A stretch of DNA of 64,000 nt from Cyanophyceae cyanobacterium (GTDB lineage: Bacteria; Cyanobacteriota; Cyanobacteriia; Cyanobacteriales; Laspinemataceae), in contig JBBQFN010000018.1 of the NCBI GenBank assembly GCA_038321985.1, positions 46,151-110,150 on the forward strand, written 5' to 3'. Position numbers and translations under genes: made by a program. The notes under the pieces were generated by a model, which worked only from the letters and a program-made list of their open reading frames with translations, was not told the origin of the DNA and did not search any database. This document shows positions 1-10,300 of this stretch, one piece after another. Numbering within the stretch: position 1 is the first letter of the stretch; the number at the start of each line of letters is the position of its first letter.

Positions 1-1954
1 GTGTCACCTAAATGAGGATGGATTGCCGATTTGGAGTAAAGGCAGTGAACCTTGGAAAGCCTACCGAGAAACCGAGGCATTAGCAGCCAGCGCCCGCGTT
101 GTGGAGGGGTTCCCGGTGTTGTTATTGCTGGAAGGAGAAGGCTGTGTGGAAATTGCCCGGACTTTGGGGTTAGCGGCAGTGACGTTTCAAGGTAGCGCCT
201 GGACTGATGTCGAAATTGAGAGTTTTTTAATTCGCTTGCGCCATGCCAACGAGAAGGCAACGATCGCAGTCCTCCCCGATCGCGATGAAACCGGACGCAA
301 AAAAGCGGCGAAAGTAGCGGCAGCAGCAGCCAAAGTGGGGGTTCCCTGTCTGGAATTGGACCCGACTCAGATTGATCCCGACTTGCCGGAAAAGGGGGAC
401 ATTCGGGAAATGCTGGAAAATTCGGCGATTCCCTCGGACTTGATTCAACGGTTAGAGGGGGTGATTCGTCAAGGGACTCAGCGGAACTCGCAGCAGTTGG
501 AAACGGAGAGTTACGATAGTTTTTTCCCGGTGGTGGAGTTTAATCAGGCGATCGTTAAGTTCCTGTATGGCGATCGCCCTTGGATTTGCGTGAATAATAC
601 TCTCTACGCATGGCAGGGGACTTATTACGAAGCCTCACCGAATGCGGTAGAACTCTATCGCATCACCCAATTTTGTAATTCCTTTCCCATTGATATCAAA
701 GGGCACATTCGTTATCCTTACGCGAGTTCCAGCAGTGTCAAAAAAGCCCTGGAATGGGTGAAATTGATGTTTGCGATCGCCCCGGGACGGGTAAATCCCC
801 CGGGACTTAACTGCACTAATGGGGTCCTGCAACTTTCCTTTACCCGCAAGGGTCAGCCATCGTGGAAACTGGTCCCCCATGACCCGCGCCAGCATTTTTA
901 TCTCTATCAACCTTTGGTGACTTACGATCCAGATGCGGACTCTACAGACTGCGATCGCCTCCTGGACTGTCTGGAACCCCAATATCGGGATATTTTCCTA
1001 AAAACCATCGCTGCCTCCCTGGATCTCGAATCCGTCCGTCGGTTGAAAGGACGGATGGTAAAAGCCCTTCTTGCCAAAGGGGATGGCAACAACGGCAAGG
1101 ATAGCTTGCGGGAAGTGACAGCGATGCTATACGGATATCAGGGACTGACTTCGGTTTCTGTAGAAGCCTTTGAACAAGCCGATCGCGGGCGTTTGTTTCC
1201 CGTCGCCCGATTAGAAGGGTCTCGGGTAAATTGGCCCTCGGAAAATCGCAACGCCGAGGCCCTGGATCGACTCCAATGCTTGAAAATTGCCATTACCGGC
1301 GATCGCTCTTTTGTGATTGAACGCAAAGGAAAAGATGATTATGAAACAGCGATTAATGCGGTTTTTATCTTTAATTGGAACGATATCCCGGAACTTTCCG
1401 GAGTAATGGAAGCCATTCGCAGTCGCTATGCAGTCCTACCTTTTACTAAAACTTTTGCAGCAAACCCAAACCCTCGACGCGGGGAATTACCAGCCGATCC
1501 ACGATTCAAATATGATCCAGAATTTTTAAAGTCTAAAGTGCTGCCTGCTTATTTGAATCGACTTTTAGATGCCTTGCAACGGTTGATGCGGGATGGCATT
1601 GATTATAGCCCTACCTACGCAGCAATGACGGAGATTCAATGCGCTTCTGAACATTTGTGGCAGTTTGTCAAGGATTGTGGGTTGAGTGAGGACCCGGATT
1701 CCCGAGTATATGTCCCGGAGATTTGGCAAAAGTTGCGGCAATGGTATCAGGATACAGGAATTCTACAGATTGAAGTCAGCGATCGCTCTCGGGAAAAACT
1801 GATGTGGTACGATTTACCCTCCTCCAGCGATCGGCATTGCAAAACCTTAAATCAGGTTCCGGTTCGTCTGTTGTCTATGTTTCCGAAAGCGAAGAAAGGC
1901 GGGGATGAACAAGGCACCTTTTTAAGGGGTTTAAAATGGAATAATCCTCAATAA
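1..1954 (+). CDS. Phage/plasmid-type primase-helicase (Toprim + D5/SF3 helicase-like), 5'-truncated by window edge
   Basis: Toprim-like motifs (LLEGEG, PDRDETG, KGDIRE). Walker A-like GDGNNGKD. SF3-like IERKGKD and FNWND segments. Frame is open upstream of position 23 to the window start. Confidence 0.75.
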   Translation, partial: CHLNEDGLPIWSKGSEPWKAYRETEALAASARVVEGFPVLLLLEGEGCVEIARTLGLAAVTFQGSAWTDVEIESFLIRLRHANEKATIAVLPDRDETGRKKAAKVAAAAAKVGVPCLELDPTQIDPDLPEKGDIREMLENSAIPSDLIQRLEGVIRQGTQRNSQQLETESYDSFFPVVEFNQAIVKFLYGDRPWICVNNTLYAWQGTYYEASPNAVELYRITQFCNSFPIDIKGHIRYPYASSSSVKKALEWVKLMFAIAPGRVNPPGLNCTNGVLQLSFTRKGQPSWKLVPHDPRQHFYLYQPLVTYDPDADSTDCDRLLDCLEPQYRDIFLKTIAASLDLESVRRLKGRMVKALLAKGDGNNGKDSLREVTAMLYGYQGLTSVSVEAFEQADRGRLFPVARLEGSRVNWPSENRNAEALDRLQCLKIAITGDRSFVIERKGKDDYETAINAVFIFNWNDIPELSGVMEAIRSRYAVLPFTKTFAANPNPRRGELPADPRFKYDPEFLKSKVLPAYLNRLLDALQRLMRDGIDYSPTYAAMTEIQCASEHLWQFVKDCGLSEDPDSRVYVPEIWQKLRQWYQDTGILQIEVSDRSREKLMWYDLPSSSDRHCKTLNQVPVRLLSMFPKAKKGGDEQGTFLRGLKWNNPQ

Positions 1955-1975
1955 TTTTAGGCAGAATTTTCGATT

Positions 1976-2025
1976 AAAACCGGGTTTCTAACTCAGCCAT
2001 AAATGGAGTCAGAAACCCTATTTTT
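1976..2025. repeat. AAACCGGGTTTCT-type palindromic REP between convergent genes
   Basis: aaaaccgggtttct...agaaaccctatttt. Related copies at ~20046-20112 (agaaactgggtttct...aagaaaccgggttt). Confidence 0.5.
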
Positions 2026-2047
2026 AGGTTAATATCTGTGAGTTCGA

Positions 2048-3241
2048 TTAATGTTTAGCTGCTTCAGTTTCATAACATTTGAGCAGCAAAGGGGCGAGTT
2101 TATCTAAATCGCTGATATCAGAAATGACCACTCGGGATGCTGCGCCTCCTAGGGATGCAGAGACTTCCTGGACTTCAAACCCAATTGCAAAAGGTTGAAT
2201 TTCCTGTAAAGGGAGTCGAGTAATAAAACTTTTTTTCTTTGGGGTTAGATAGAAGCGTAAGAACCACCAAGTTGTTTTACCCAGATTGACGCCGAAGTAG
2301 GAAACTGTATCTTTATGATTGATTTCAAATTTATAGCCGGTGGAAGTTGCTAGGATCTCTTTTAATTTTTCAAACGCTGCTAGTTCTTCTTCAGTGGTAA
2401 CAATTTCTACACCAGATCCATTAGATCCATCTCCCGAGTCATCATCGTCTGGTAGGGGATCCGGTGTTGTTGTTGGCGTCGTCAAGGGACTGGGTTGCTG
2501 CATTTCCTGATTAAGCGATCGGGTCATCAATTCTAACAGACAGGTTTGAATTGCTTTTTTGGCGATGGGTTTAAACTGCTGAATTTTTTTACTCGTTATT
2601 TTTCCATCAATGGCATATCCCCCATCAAATTTGCTAAATTCACCAATCAAAAACCGAATCAAATCGTCTGAAGGATCTTTTAAAAGATTTCCGATTAAAA
2701 TTGCCATTCCTTGGACAAAAACCATTTCTTCGGCTTCGATTTTAATGGCAAAGCTATCGAAGTTATCTCGGTGAAATAGCTTCAAATTTTCTAAATCTTT
2801 AGGCTGATAGTCAAAGAGGTTAAAAATAAAAAATGGCTCTGTGTCCATGAGATTTTGATTACGGAGATCCGTGAAAAATCGATATTCCACTCCGTTCGTA
2901 CAAAGGCCAACTTTAGCGGAAAGTTTTGCATCAAAATAGCTCTTTAACTGCCCATGATGAATTTCTGGTTTTTCGTTGCGGGCTTTGGCTTCAACCAACA
3001 TGACGACTGTATCATTAATGGCGATCGCATAGTCTACTTTCTCTTTTTGCCCTGCATTCTTCTTCGTGGCAGCATCAGAAATCGATTCGGGGATTACCTC
3101 GGATGGGTCCCAGATATCATATCCCAGGGACTGCAAGAATGGTAAAATGAGCTGTTGTTTTGTCGCTTGTTCTCCCACAACCAAATCGGCATTCTTGCGA
3201 ACTCGTTCAGCAACCTTGGCGACATCTTCCGCGAATCCCAT
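2048..3241 (-). CDS. Type I restriction enzyme HsdR N-terminal-domain protein (stand-alone PD-(D/E)xK nuclease)
   Basis: EQATKQQLILPFLQSLGYDI, KVDYAI...VEAK and TNGVEYRFFTDL motifs. C-terminal IVTTEEE domain. No helicase or methylase genes adjacent. Confidence 0.8.
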   Translation of the reverse strand: MGFAEDVAKVAERVRKNADLVVGEQATKQQLILPFLQSLGYDIWDPSEVIPESISDAATKKNAGQKEKVDYAIAINDTVVMLVEAKARNEKPEIHHGQLKSYFDAKLSAKVGLCTNGVEYRFFTDLRNQNLMDTEPFFIFNLFDYQPKDLENLKLFHRDNFDSFAIKIEAEEMVFVQGMAILIGNLLKDPSDDLIRFLIGEFSKFDGGYAIDGKITSKKIQQFKPIAKKAIQTCLLELMTRSLNQEMQQPSPLTTPTTTPDPLPDDDDSGDGSNGSGVEIVTTEEELAAFEKLKEILATSTGYKFEINHKDTVSYFGVNLGKTTWWFLRFYLTPKKKSFITRLPLQEIQPFAIGFEVQEVSASLGGAASRVVISDISDLDKLAPLLLKCYETEAAKH

Positions 3242-3569
3242 CTTGTACTCCTGTGGTTTTGCTTGTATTTTTTCACTACATTACCACTCCCGATAGATCC
3301 GGGTCAAATATCTTTATGTTATGAAGAATTTTTTTACTTAATTTAACAATTATAGGGGTAGAGTTCGACAATTTTATCCTAAATTGTTTCATTTCACCAT
3401 AATTTTAGGAGAGCGAAAATTTTCTTTATCCGAAATTAAACCGAGTTTGTAGAAGTTGCTGAAGGGGTTATCCCTGCGATCGCCACAAGGATTAAAAAAC
3501 AGTCGCAGTGGGACCAGAAAAAAACCGACGTTTCACCGAAACGGGTGATCGGCGGGAGGAGAGGCGGAT

Positions 3570-3613
3570 TCTATCGGAAGATAGATAACTCTTATAAAAA
3601 AGTCCGATACAGT
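3570..3613 (+). promoter_or_regulatory. Palindromic box TCTATC-N4-GATAGA plus -10 element (also at 3929-3973, 4135-4179, 4371-4415)
   Basis: In all four units the box is followed 22-23 nt later by a TA-N3-T hexamer. Confidence 0.6.
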
Positions 3614-3618
3614 AGAAG

Positions 3619-3731
3619 CATAAGAAACCGCACCGAGATAGGTGCTCATAACATAGACCCCTGGTCTTTTTAGTAAATTTAGTTAAGAAAGAATCCCACC
3701 TGTGGCAACATAGGTGGGATTCTTGATAGTT
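3619..3731 (+). ncRNA. Putative structured small RNA, array copy 1
   Basis: Invariant core CATAAGAAACCGCACCGAGATAGGTG, AGACC-N3-GGTCT hairpin and a GCAA-loop terminal hairpin (3689-3724). Upstream -10-like TACAGT at 3608. Confidence 0.6.
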
Positions 3732-3774
3732 AGGGTTTCTTCGTGCCGTAGGGCATTGAGTCGAATTCCACACC

Positions 3775-3865
3775 CGAACACCCTAAAGGGTTTGGCTAGG
3801 CAGACAAAGCCGCCGCCCCAAGATGCCCCTCAAAATAGAGCTTTTACAACCGGATTTGGTGTTAG
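3775..3865. repeat. Dispersed REP/MITE-like element between array copies 1 and 2
   Basis: Shares ggcta..c.gac.aagcc and cttttac(c)aaccggatttggt.ttag with 11601-11707. Confidence 0.55.
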
Positions 3866-3978
3866 TCCCTCTGCTAAGTTGCGATCGCGTCGGAGTATCG
3901 GTTACTACCCGTAGAGGTAGCGGCAGGTTCTACCTGTAGATAGATAAACTGGCGTTAAAGAGTGGGTTATATTAAAAG

Positions 3979-4089
3979 CATAAGAAACCGCACCGAGATA
4001 GGTGTTCATAACACAGACCCCTGGTCTTTTTAGTAAATCAAAATAAGAGACAATCCCGCTAGTATAAATACTGGCGGGATTGTTGATTT
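3979..4089 (+). ncRNA. Putative structured small RNA, array copy 2
   Basis: Same core and hairpins as copy 1. -10-like TATATT at 3968. Terminal hairpin caatcccgctagta-taaa-tactggcgggattg. Confidence 0.6.
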
Positions 4090-4184
4090 AGCGTCTCGGA
4101 GTATCGGTTACTGCCAGTAGAGGTAGAAGCAGGTTCTACCTGTAGATAGATAAACTGGCGCTAAAGGTTCGGTTATATTAAGAA

Positions 4185-4296
4185 CATAAGAAACCGCACC
4201 GAGATAGGTGTTCATAACACAGACCCCAGGTCTTTTTAGTAAATCAAAATAACAGACAATCCCGCCCGTAGCAATACTGGTGGGATTGTTGATTTT
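4185..4296 (+). ncRNA. Putative structured small RNA, array copy 3
   Basis: Same core. -10-like TATATT at 4174. Terminal hairpin followed by a T-rich tail. Confidence 0.6.
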
Positions 4297-4420
4297 CAGG
4301 GGTCAATTCCCGCTTTGAAGTGGCGATCGCCTCAGAGTATCGTTTACTACCAATAGAGGTATCAGCAGGTTCTATCTATAGAGGGATAAACATTCCCCTC
4401 AAACTGAGTTATCTTAAAAA

Positions 4421-4533
4421 CATAAGAAACCGCACCGAGATAGGTGTTCATAATATAGACCTTCGGTCTTTTTAGTAAATCAGAATAACAGACAATCCCG
4501 CCCGTAGCAATACGGGCGGGATTGTTGATTTTT
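4421..4533 (+). ncRNA. Putative structured small RNA, array copy 4
   Basis: Same core. -10-like TATCTT at 4410. Perfect hairpin caatcccgcccgta-gcaa-tacgggcgggattg followed by ttgattttt. Confidence 0.6.
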
Positions 4534-4635
4534 GGCCTGGTGTTTTAGCGGCTAGGTCCAGAAGTTTGAACGTTAGCCCTTGTCAAGGAGGGGGAGTTCT
4601 TGTAGCCGTACCTTTGTTTCTTATCACCTGCCTGG

Positions 4636-5898
4636 TTAGGGTAAGGGGTGGGTTGTTTCCGGGGAGGGGGTGACTTCAACCCCTCGACGACTAAACAGCT
4701 TAAAGTAAACAGAGGTTAATAATTCTTTGACAGGAAAGGTAATAAAAGTCAGGGGATTAATCGTAACGATGATGTTACGGCTATCGGCTTTAGCTTGTTT
4801 GACAATTTGTTGGGCTACCCAATCGGCAGACATGACTCCGATGGGATTGAGATTGCTTTTAAAAGGGCCAAGAATCAATTTTCGGACAATGCAAGGTGCA
4901 TCTAAACGCCGCAGGGTGACTAAATCGCCTAGGGTGCGTTTGGTGAGTTCGTACAGGGGGCTAAAAGCCGGATTGGCTTCAGCTTCTGAAGTATTAACCC
5001 AGACTTCTTTACAGGCAATGTCTTGATTGGTACGAACCGTGGTGAAAAACAGTTCCATCAGACGCCAGGATGAAAAGGTATTGACTTGATAGGAAGTTGC
5101 GATCGCCTCTGGGGTGCGATCGCCATTAACATTGGTTCCATGATTCAGGATAAGAATATCAACCTTTTCCAACAACGCCGCCAACTCGTTTTCTTGGCCG
5201 ATTTGCCAGGTAACTGTGTTAATCTCCAGGGTTTCTGACTCTAGGGTTAAGGCGATCACCTCGTTGCCCGAAGTCAGGGCGATAACTTTGGCCCCTGCTT
5301 CGTGGAGATGCAACAACAGCGATCGCCCCAGGGTTCCCGAGGCCCCAGTCACCGCTACAGTTTTGCCTTTGAGGGAAAGTGCAGTTCCCATAAGTTTGTC
5401 TATAAACGTAAACGTCCCGCAAAAGTAAGCATTTTGGTTATCAAAGTGATGTCGCCAGTGGTAGGGACGATTCACAAACCATCGCGAGGGTGGAGTAGCA
5501 AAAGGACCCGGTTGGTGGGTGAGATCGGTTAGGCGATCAGCTCCGGGAACTCCCGAACCCCGGGCGATCGCACTCCCTAAAAAGCAGAGGGTATAAAGAC
5601 AACCAATCCCAGCAACCCAATGGGAACTGGGTAAAACCAGGTATGCCCCTAACCACCAAAACAGTCCAAACCCCAGCATCACAAGGGCCTCGGGTATGTC
5701 ATTGCGCCAATGCGCTTGTTGATAAATCTCTTCACTCGCTGGGGTGAGATTCGGACGAAAAACGCGATGATGCCAAACGTGCCAGCGATAGAGAGGTTGC
5801 CAAACATGGGCAAACGCATGATACAAATCTCGTACCAGTTCCGCCCAAAGTATGGAACCGAGTCCGCAAGCTACTGTTGCAATCCAAAGTGGGAGCAT
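4636..5898 (-). CDS. Bifunctional sterol desaturase-like / short-chain dehydrogenase
   Basis: N-terminal His boxes (HVWHH, HWRHH) with TM segments. C-terminal SDR with TGASGTLG and YELTK. Confidence 0.85.
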   Translation of the reverse strand: MLPLWIATVACGLGSILWAELVRDLYHAFAHVWQPLYRWHVWHHRVFRPNLTPASEEIYQQAHWRNDIPEALVMLGFGLFWWLGAYLVLPSSHWVAGIGCLYTLCFLGSAIARGSGVPGADRLTDLTHQPGPFATPPSRWFVNRPYHWRHHFDNQNAYFCGTFTFIDKLMGTALSLKGKTVAVTGASGTLGRSLLLHLHEAGAKVIALTSGNEVIALTLESETLEINTVTWQIGQENELAALLEKVDILILNHGTNVNGDRTPEAIATSYQVNTFSSWRLMELFFTTVRTNQDIACKEVWVNTSEAEANPAFSPLYELTKRTLGDLVTLRRLDAPCIVRKLILGPFKSNLNPIGVMSADWVAQQIVKQAKADSRNIIVTINPLTFITFPVKELLTSVYFKLFSRRGVEVTPSPETTHPLP

Positions 5899-6142
5899 AG
5901 TTAGTTTAATACACCTTTTTTCCTTTAAATCTAAGGGAATGACCCCTTATCGCCAGAATCGTCAGGGCTAGTTTGATGCAGAACTCTACCGTGATGGGAG
6001 AGCACTCTGCGATCGCCGATCGCCTGCAAATACCTAAGTTTGCTGTTACACAACTTTACATGAAATTTTAATGCATTGACTCCCAATTTCCGAATCACGA
6101 GGGAGGAATTTGCCCAATTTCCGGGGAATTGTCGCATCCATC

Positions 6143-6187
6143 TCTATCTGTGGGCGGTTTCAGAATCACAGAACCGCCTCCTAAACT
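6143..6187 (+). promoter_or_regulatory. TCTATC-N4-GGCGGT box, 23-nt spacer, TAAACT -10 upstream of the SDR gene
   Basis: Same geometry as the array promoters; the right half-site is degenerate. Confidence 0.4.
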
Positions 6188-6238
6188 AAAGCAGAATTTA
6201 ATACCTTCAAATATCGTTTTGCGTTGGGAGAATAGCCG

Positions 6239-7048
6239 ATGAGTGGAAAAATTTTAGAAAATCAAGTGGTTTTGGTAACCGGATCGAGCTCGGGAATTGG
6301 TGCCGGAATTGCAGTCGGAATGGGAAATGCTGGTGCCAAGGTAGTTGTAAACTATCGCAGCAGTCCAGAAGGGGCGGAAAAAGTTGTTGATGAAATTAAA
6401 TCTAAGGGTGGAGAGGCGATCGCCATTCAAGGAGATATCAGCAAAGAAGAGGATGTACAAAAAATGTTCTCTCAATTGTGTGAGCATTTTGGCACAATTG
6501 ATATTCTAATCAATAATGCAGGACTTCAGCAAGACGCGAATCTGGTTGACATGACCCTCGCCCAATGGCAAAAAGTCATAGATGTCAACCTCACCGGACA
6601 ATTTCTCTGTACCCGAGAAGCGGTGAAAGAATTTATGCGCCGGGGTCTCGTTAAAGAGCGATCGCGCGCTGTCGGTAAAATTATCTTTATCAGTTCCGTT
6701 CATGAAGTGATACCTTGGGCCGGTCACTCCAACTATGCCGCATCTAAAGGCGGAATCAAACTCTTTATGCAAAGTATCGCCCAAGAAGTTGCCCACCACA
6801 AAATCCGCGTCAATGGAATTGCTCCCGGTGCGATTAAAACTCCCATTAATGAAGATGCCTGGGACACCCCCGAAGACGAAGCCGAACTGCTCAAATTGAT
6901 TCCCTACAAACGGATAGGCGTTCCCGAAGATATTGCCAAAGTCGCCGTCTGGTTGGCCTCGGATGAGTCAGACTATGTACATGGAGAAACCATCTTCGTC
7001 GATGGCGGTATGACATTATATCCCGCCTTTGGCGAAGGTCAAGGGTAA
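6239..7048 (+). CDS. gdh: Glucose 1-dehydrogenase-like SDR
   Basis: TGSSSGIG, NNAG, SSVHEVIPW, YAASKGG and DGGMTLYP motifs typical of glucose 1-dehydrogenases. Confidence 0.8.
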   Translation: MSGKILENQVVLVTGSSSGIGAGIAVGMGNAGAKVVVNYRSSPEGAEKVVDEIKSKGGEAIAIQGDISKEEDVQKMFSQLCEHFGTIDILINNAGLQQDANLVDMTLAQWQKVIDVNLTGQFLCTREAVKEFMRRGLVKERSRAVGKIIFISSVHEVIPWAGHSNYAASKGGIKLFMQSIAQEVAHHKIRVNGIAPGAIKTPINEDAWDTPEDEAELLKLIPYKRIGVPEDIAKVAVWLASDESDYVHGETIFVDGGMTLYPAFGEGQG

Positions 7049-7316
7049 ATCAACCCCCTCCCCCCAAACCCCGATGCAGCAATTCCCTAAACCCATGATG
7101 CGCCATGATGACAAATTCATCTCATTCACCCGGGGGGAAATGGGTGGGAATTTCATGGCAACAGGGGAATAATCATCATCACGCCACTGGATTGATTGGC
7201 GAGGGTGTCTGTTTTGATTATACTTTGTTGGGGTGATTTGGGAATGAGAGCAGGAATTGACCGAGTGATAAATTGCGTCCCGGTGTACAACTCAAAGGGC
7301 GAAAGTGAGAAATATC

Positions 7317-10300
7317 TCACGGCGATGGGAATCCGGCCAACCGCAGGAAATGCACCCGCCCCACATAATCCCCCGCCACCACCGTCACCCCATCGGGGGC
7401 AATGGCACAGCATTCTAACGCAGCATCAGCCGGAAAACAGGCTATTTCCTCCCCCCTGACCAGATTCCACACTTTCAGGGTGTCCACTGAACCGGAAACC
7501 ACCCGTTGCCCATCGGGACTGATGGCGACCGCCAATACCGGCCAACTATGTCCTGTGAGGGTGCGTTCCTCCTCCCCTGTAGCCACATTCCACACCTTCA
7601 GAGTTTTATCTCTTGAACCGGAAACGACCCGTTGCCCATCAGGGCTGACGGCGACGGCACATACCCAGTCACGATGCCCTGTGAGAGTGCGTTCCTCCTC
7701 CCCTGTGGACAGGTTCCACACCTTCAGAGTCTTATCCCATGAACCGGAGACCACCCATTGCCCATCGGGGCTGATGGCGATCGCATTTACCAAGCCACCA
7801 TGCCCTATGAGGGTGTGTTCCTCCTTACCTGTAGCCAGATTCCAGACCTTCAGGGTGCCATCCAATTCCAATAATGAACCAGAAACCATCCGTTGCCCAT
7901 CGGGGCTGATGGCCACGGCATTTACTGAGCCAAAATGCCCTATGAGGGTGAGGGTGCGTTCCTCCTCCCCCGTCACCAGATTCCAGACCTTCAGGGTGTT
8001 ATCTATTGAATGCAAAACCACCCGTTGCCCATCGGGGCTGATGGCAACCTCAGATATCCCGTCATCATGCACTGTGAAGGTGCGTTCCTCCTCCCCTGTG
8101 GACAGATTCCACACCTTCAGAGTTTTATCCTTTGAACCGGAAACCACCCGTTGCCCATCGGGGCTGATGGCGACGGCATATACCGAACTACCATGCCCAG
8201 TGAGAGTGAGTTCCTCCTCCCCTGTAGATAGGTTCCAGATTTTTAGGGTGTTATCCACTGAACCAGAAACCACCCGTTGCCCATCGAGGCTGATGGCGAC
8301 AGCAGATACCGACCCATTATGCCCGGTGAGGGTGCGTTCCTCCTTCCCGGTGGCGAGATTCCACACCTTCAGGGTTTTACCCAATGAACCGGACATCACC
8401 CGTTGCCCATCGGGGCTGATGGTGACAGCACTTACCCAACCACCATGCCCGGTGAGGGTGAGTTCCTCCTCCCCTGTAGCCAAATTCCACACTTTCAGGG
8501 TTTTATCCTGTGAACCAGAAACCACCCGTTGCCCATCCGGGCTGATGGTGACGGCACTTACCCAACCACCATGCCCGGTGAGGGTACGTTCCTCCTTCCC
8601 TGTGGCCAAATTCCAGACTTTCAGGGTCTTATCCACTGAACCGGAAACCACCCGTTGCCCATCCGGGCTGATGGCGACCGCAGTTACCGAGCCACCATGC
8701 CCGCTGAGAGTGCGTTCCTCCTCCCCCGTGACCAAGTTCCAGACCTTCAGGGTATTATCCCATGAACCGGAGACCACCCATTGCCCATCGGGGCTGATGG
8801 CGATCGCATTTACCGAGCCATCATGACCTGTGAGGGTGCGTTCCTCCTTCCCTGTGACCAGTTTCCAGATTTTCAGGGTCTTATCCCTTGAACTGGAAAC
8901 CACCCGTTGCCCATCCGGGCTGATGGCGACGGCATTTACCGAGTCACCATGCCCGGTGAGAGTGCGTTCCTCCTCACCTGTAGCCAAATTCCAGACTTTC
9001 AGGGTATTATCCAGTGAACCGGAAACCACCCGTTGCCCATCGGGGCTGATGGCGACGGCACTTACCGAGTCACCATGCCCGGTGAGGGTGCGGATTAAGG
9101 GGCCACCAGGAGGGGTGAGGTTAGGGAAGAGAGGACGAATCCAGGGTTTTCTTTGACATTGTTGCGCCTGGGTCAGCAGTTGGGTGATGGCGGGGAACGT
9201 CTCCCTTTGAGGAGTCGGCGGATACTTGGGTAAATGCTGACCAATGCCCGGAATCCGCTCCCAGAAATAGCGATAGGGAGGTTGAGGGGGGGTCATCTCC
9301 GCAAAAGACAACAACCGCCCTAAAAGTTGCCCCGCCAGTTGACTGGGATCCTGCTGCACCACATGGGCGGACAAGCGCACCGCCTCCCCCACCAGCCCCA
9401 GGTCCCGACTTGCCACTGCCTCTGGAACCGCCTCAAAATCCGCCAACACCGCCCCCACCCCCAGGCGCTCTATCTTCCCCTGCAACCACCGAAAATCCAG
9501 TAACAGGGGTGGGATGTGGTGTGGGCAAACTTGGAGATGGTGACGAATGGCATAGCGACCAAAATACTCATCCGCCGTCGCCTCGTGATAGCCTTCGGGA
9601 TAGCGTTGACCATAAGCGGCGAAAAACTGCTCCTGACGCGCCGTCAAATCCCCCGCCTTTTGGCGCACATAATCCACTTGCAAATCGTGCAGATTCAGCC
9701 GCCCCAACTCATCCCGCAACAGCAACGACTTCGCCACCAAACAATCCACCACATCTTGCACCGCCAAGGCATCCAGCCCGATCGCCCCCCAGAAAATTTC
9801 CAGCACCCCCTCGGGAATCGGCGTACCCTTCGGGAAAATCGCCAAATCCAGATACCGAGGCGCGATATCCGGTATATCCTCTGACGCCAACGCATCCACA
9901 CTCGCTTCCAGCACCTTCAGCAAATTGGGATAATTGGGATAATCCGGGAACTTGTAGGCAATCCGGGCTAAATCCGCCGATCGCAATTTTTCCAGCACAT
10001 TCCGCCAACGGTTTGCCCCGTTCCCACAAACCATCGCCCCGGCCATTGCCACCGCCAAAGGCAAATAGCCACATTCCTGCACCACCTCCACCGCCTCCGT
10101 TGGCAATCCTTCCGGGTGTTCCCCCGCCCACTGCGCCACCAACCCTAACCCCTGCTCCTCCGACAACAGCCCCACCTCATGACCTTGGGCCGCCAACCCC
10201 CTCACTAACCTCCCATCCCGGGTCGTCAACAACAATTGACACCGTGGCCCCAACCCGTAAAACGCCTCCGCGTGGGACATCTGCCAAACATCATCCAACA

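Larger units (their letters stand above)
3570..4533 (+). repeat. Four-copy imperfect direct-repeat array (unit starts spaced 360, 206 and 236 bp)
   Basis: Direct alignment of the four units. Copies 2-4 also share ~90 bp of upstream sequence. Confidence 0.95.

Noticed and set aside
3492..3914. ORFs 3492-3773 (-) and 3714-3914 (+), and short peptides within the repeat units
   Set aside because: Not conserved across copies: early stops in copies 1 and 4, and divergence outside the core. Conservation follows base-pairing, not codons.
3570..4533. CRISPR array interpretation of the repeats
   Set aside because: Units are over 100 nt, the intervening DNA is itself conserved and irregular in length, and there are no unique 30-40-nt spacers or cas genes.
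9587..9605. gatagccttcgggatagcg, resembling the 13333 insert
   Set aside because: Not flanked by split HIP1 halves and reads as ordinary coding sequence (RYPEGYH); probably chance.
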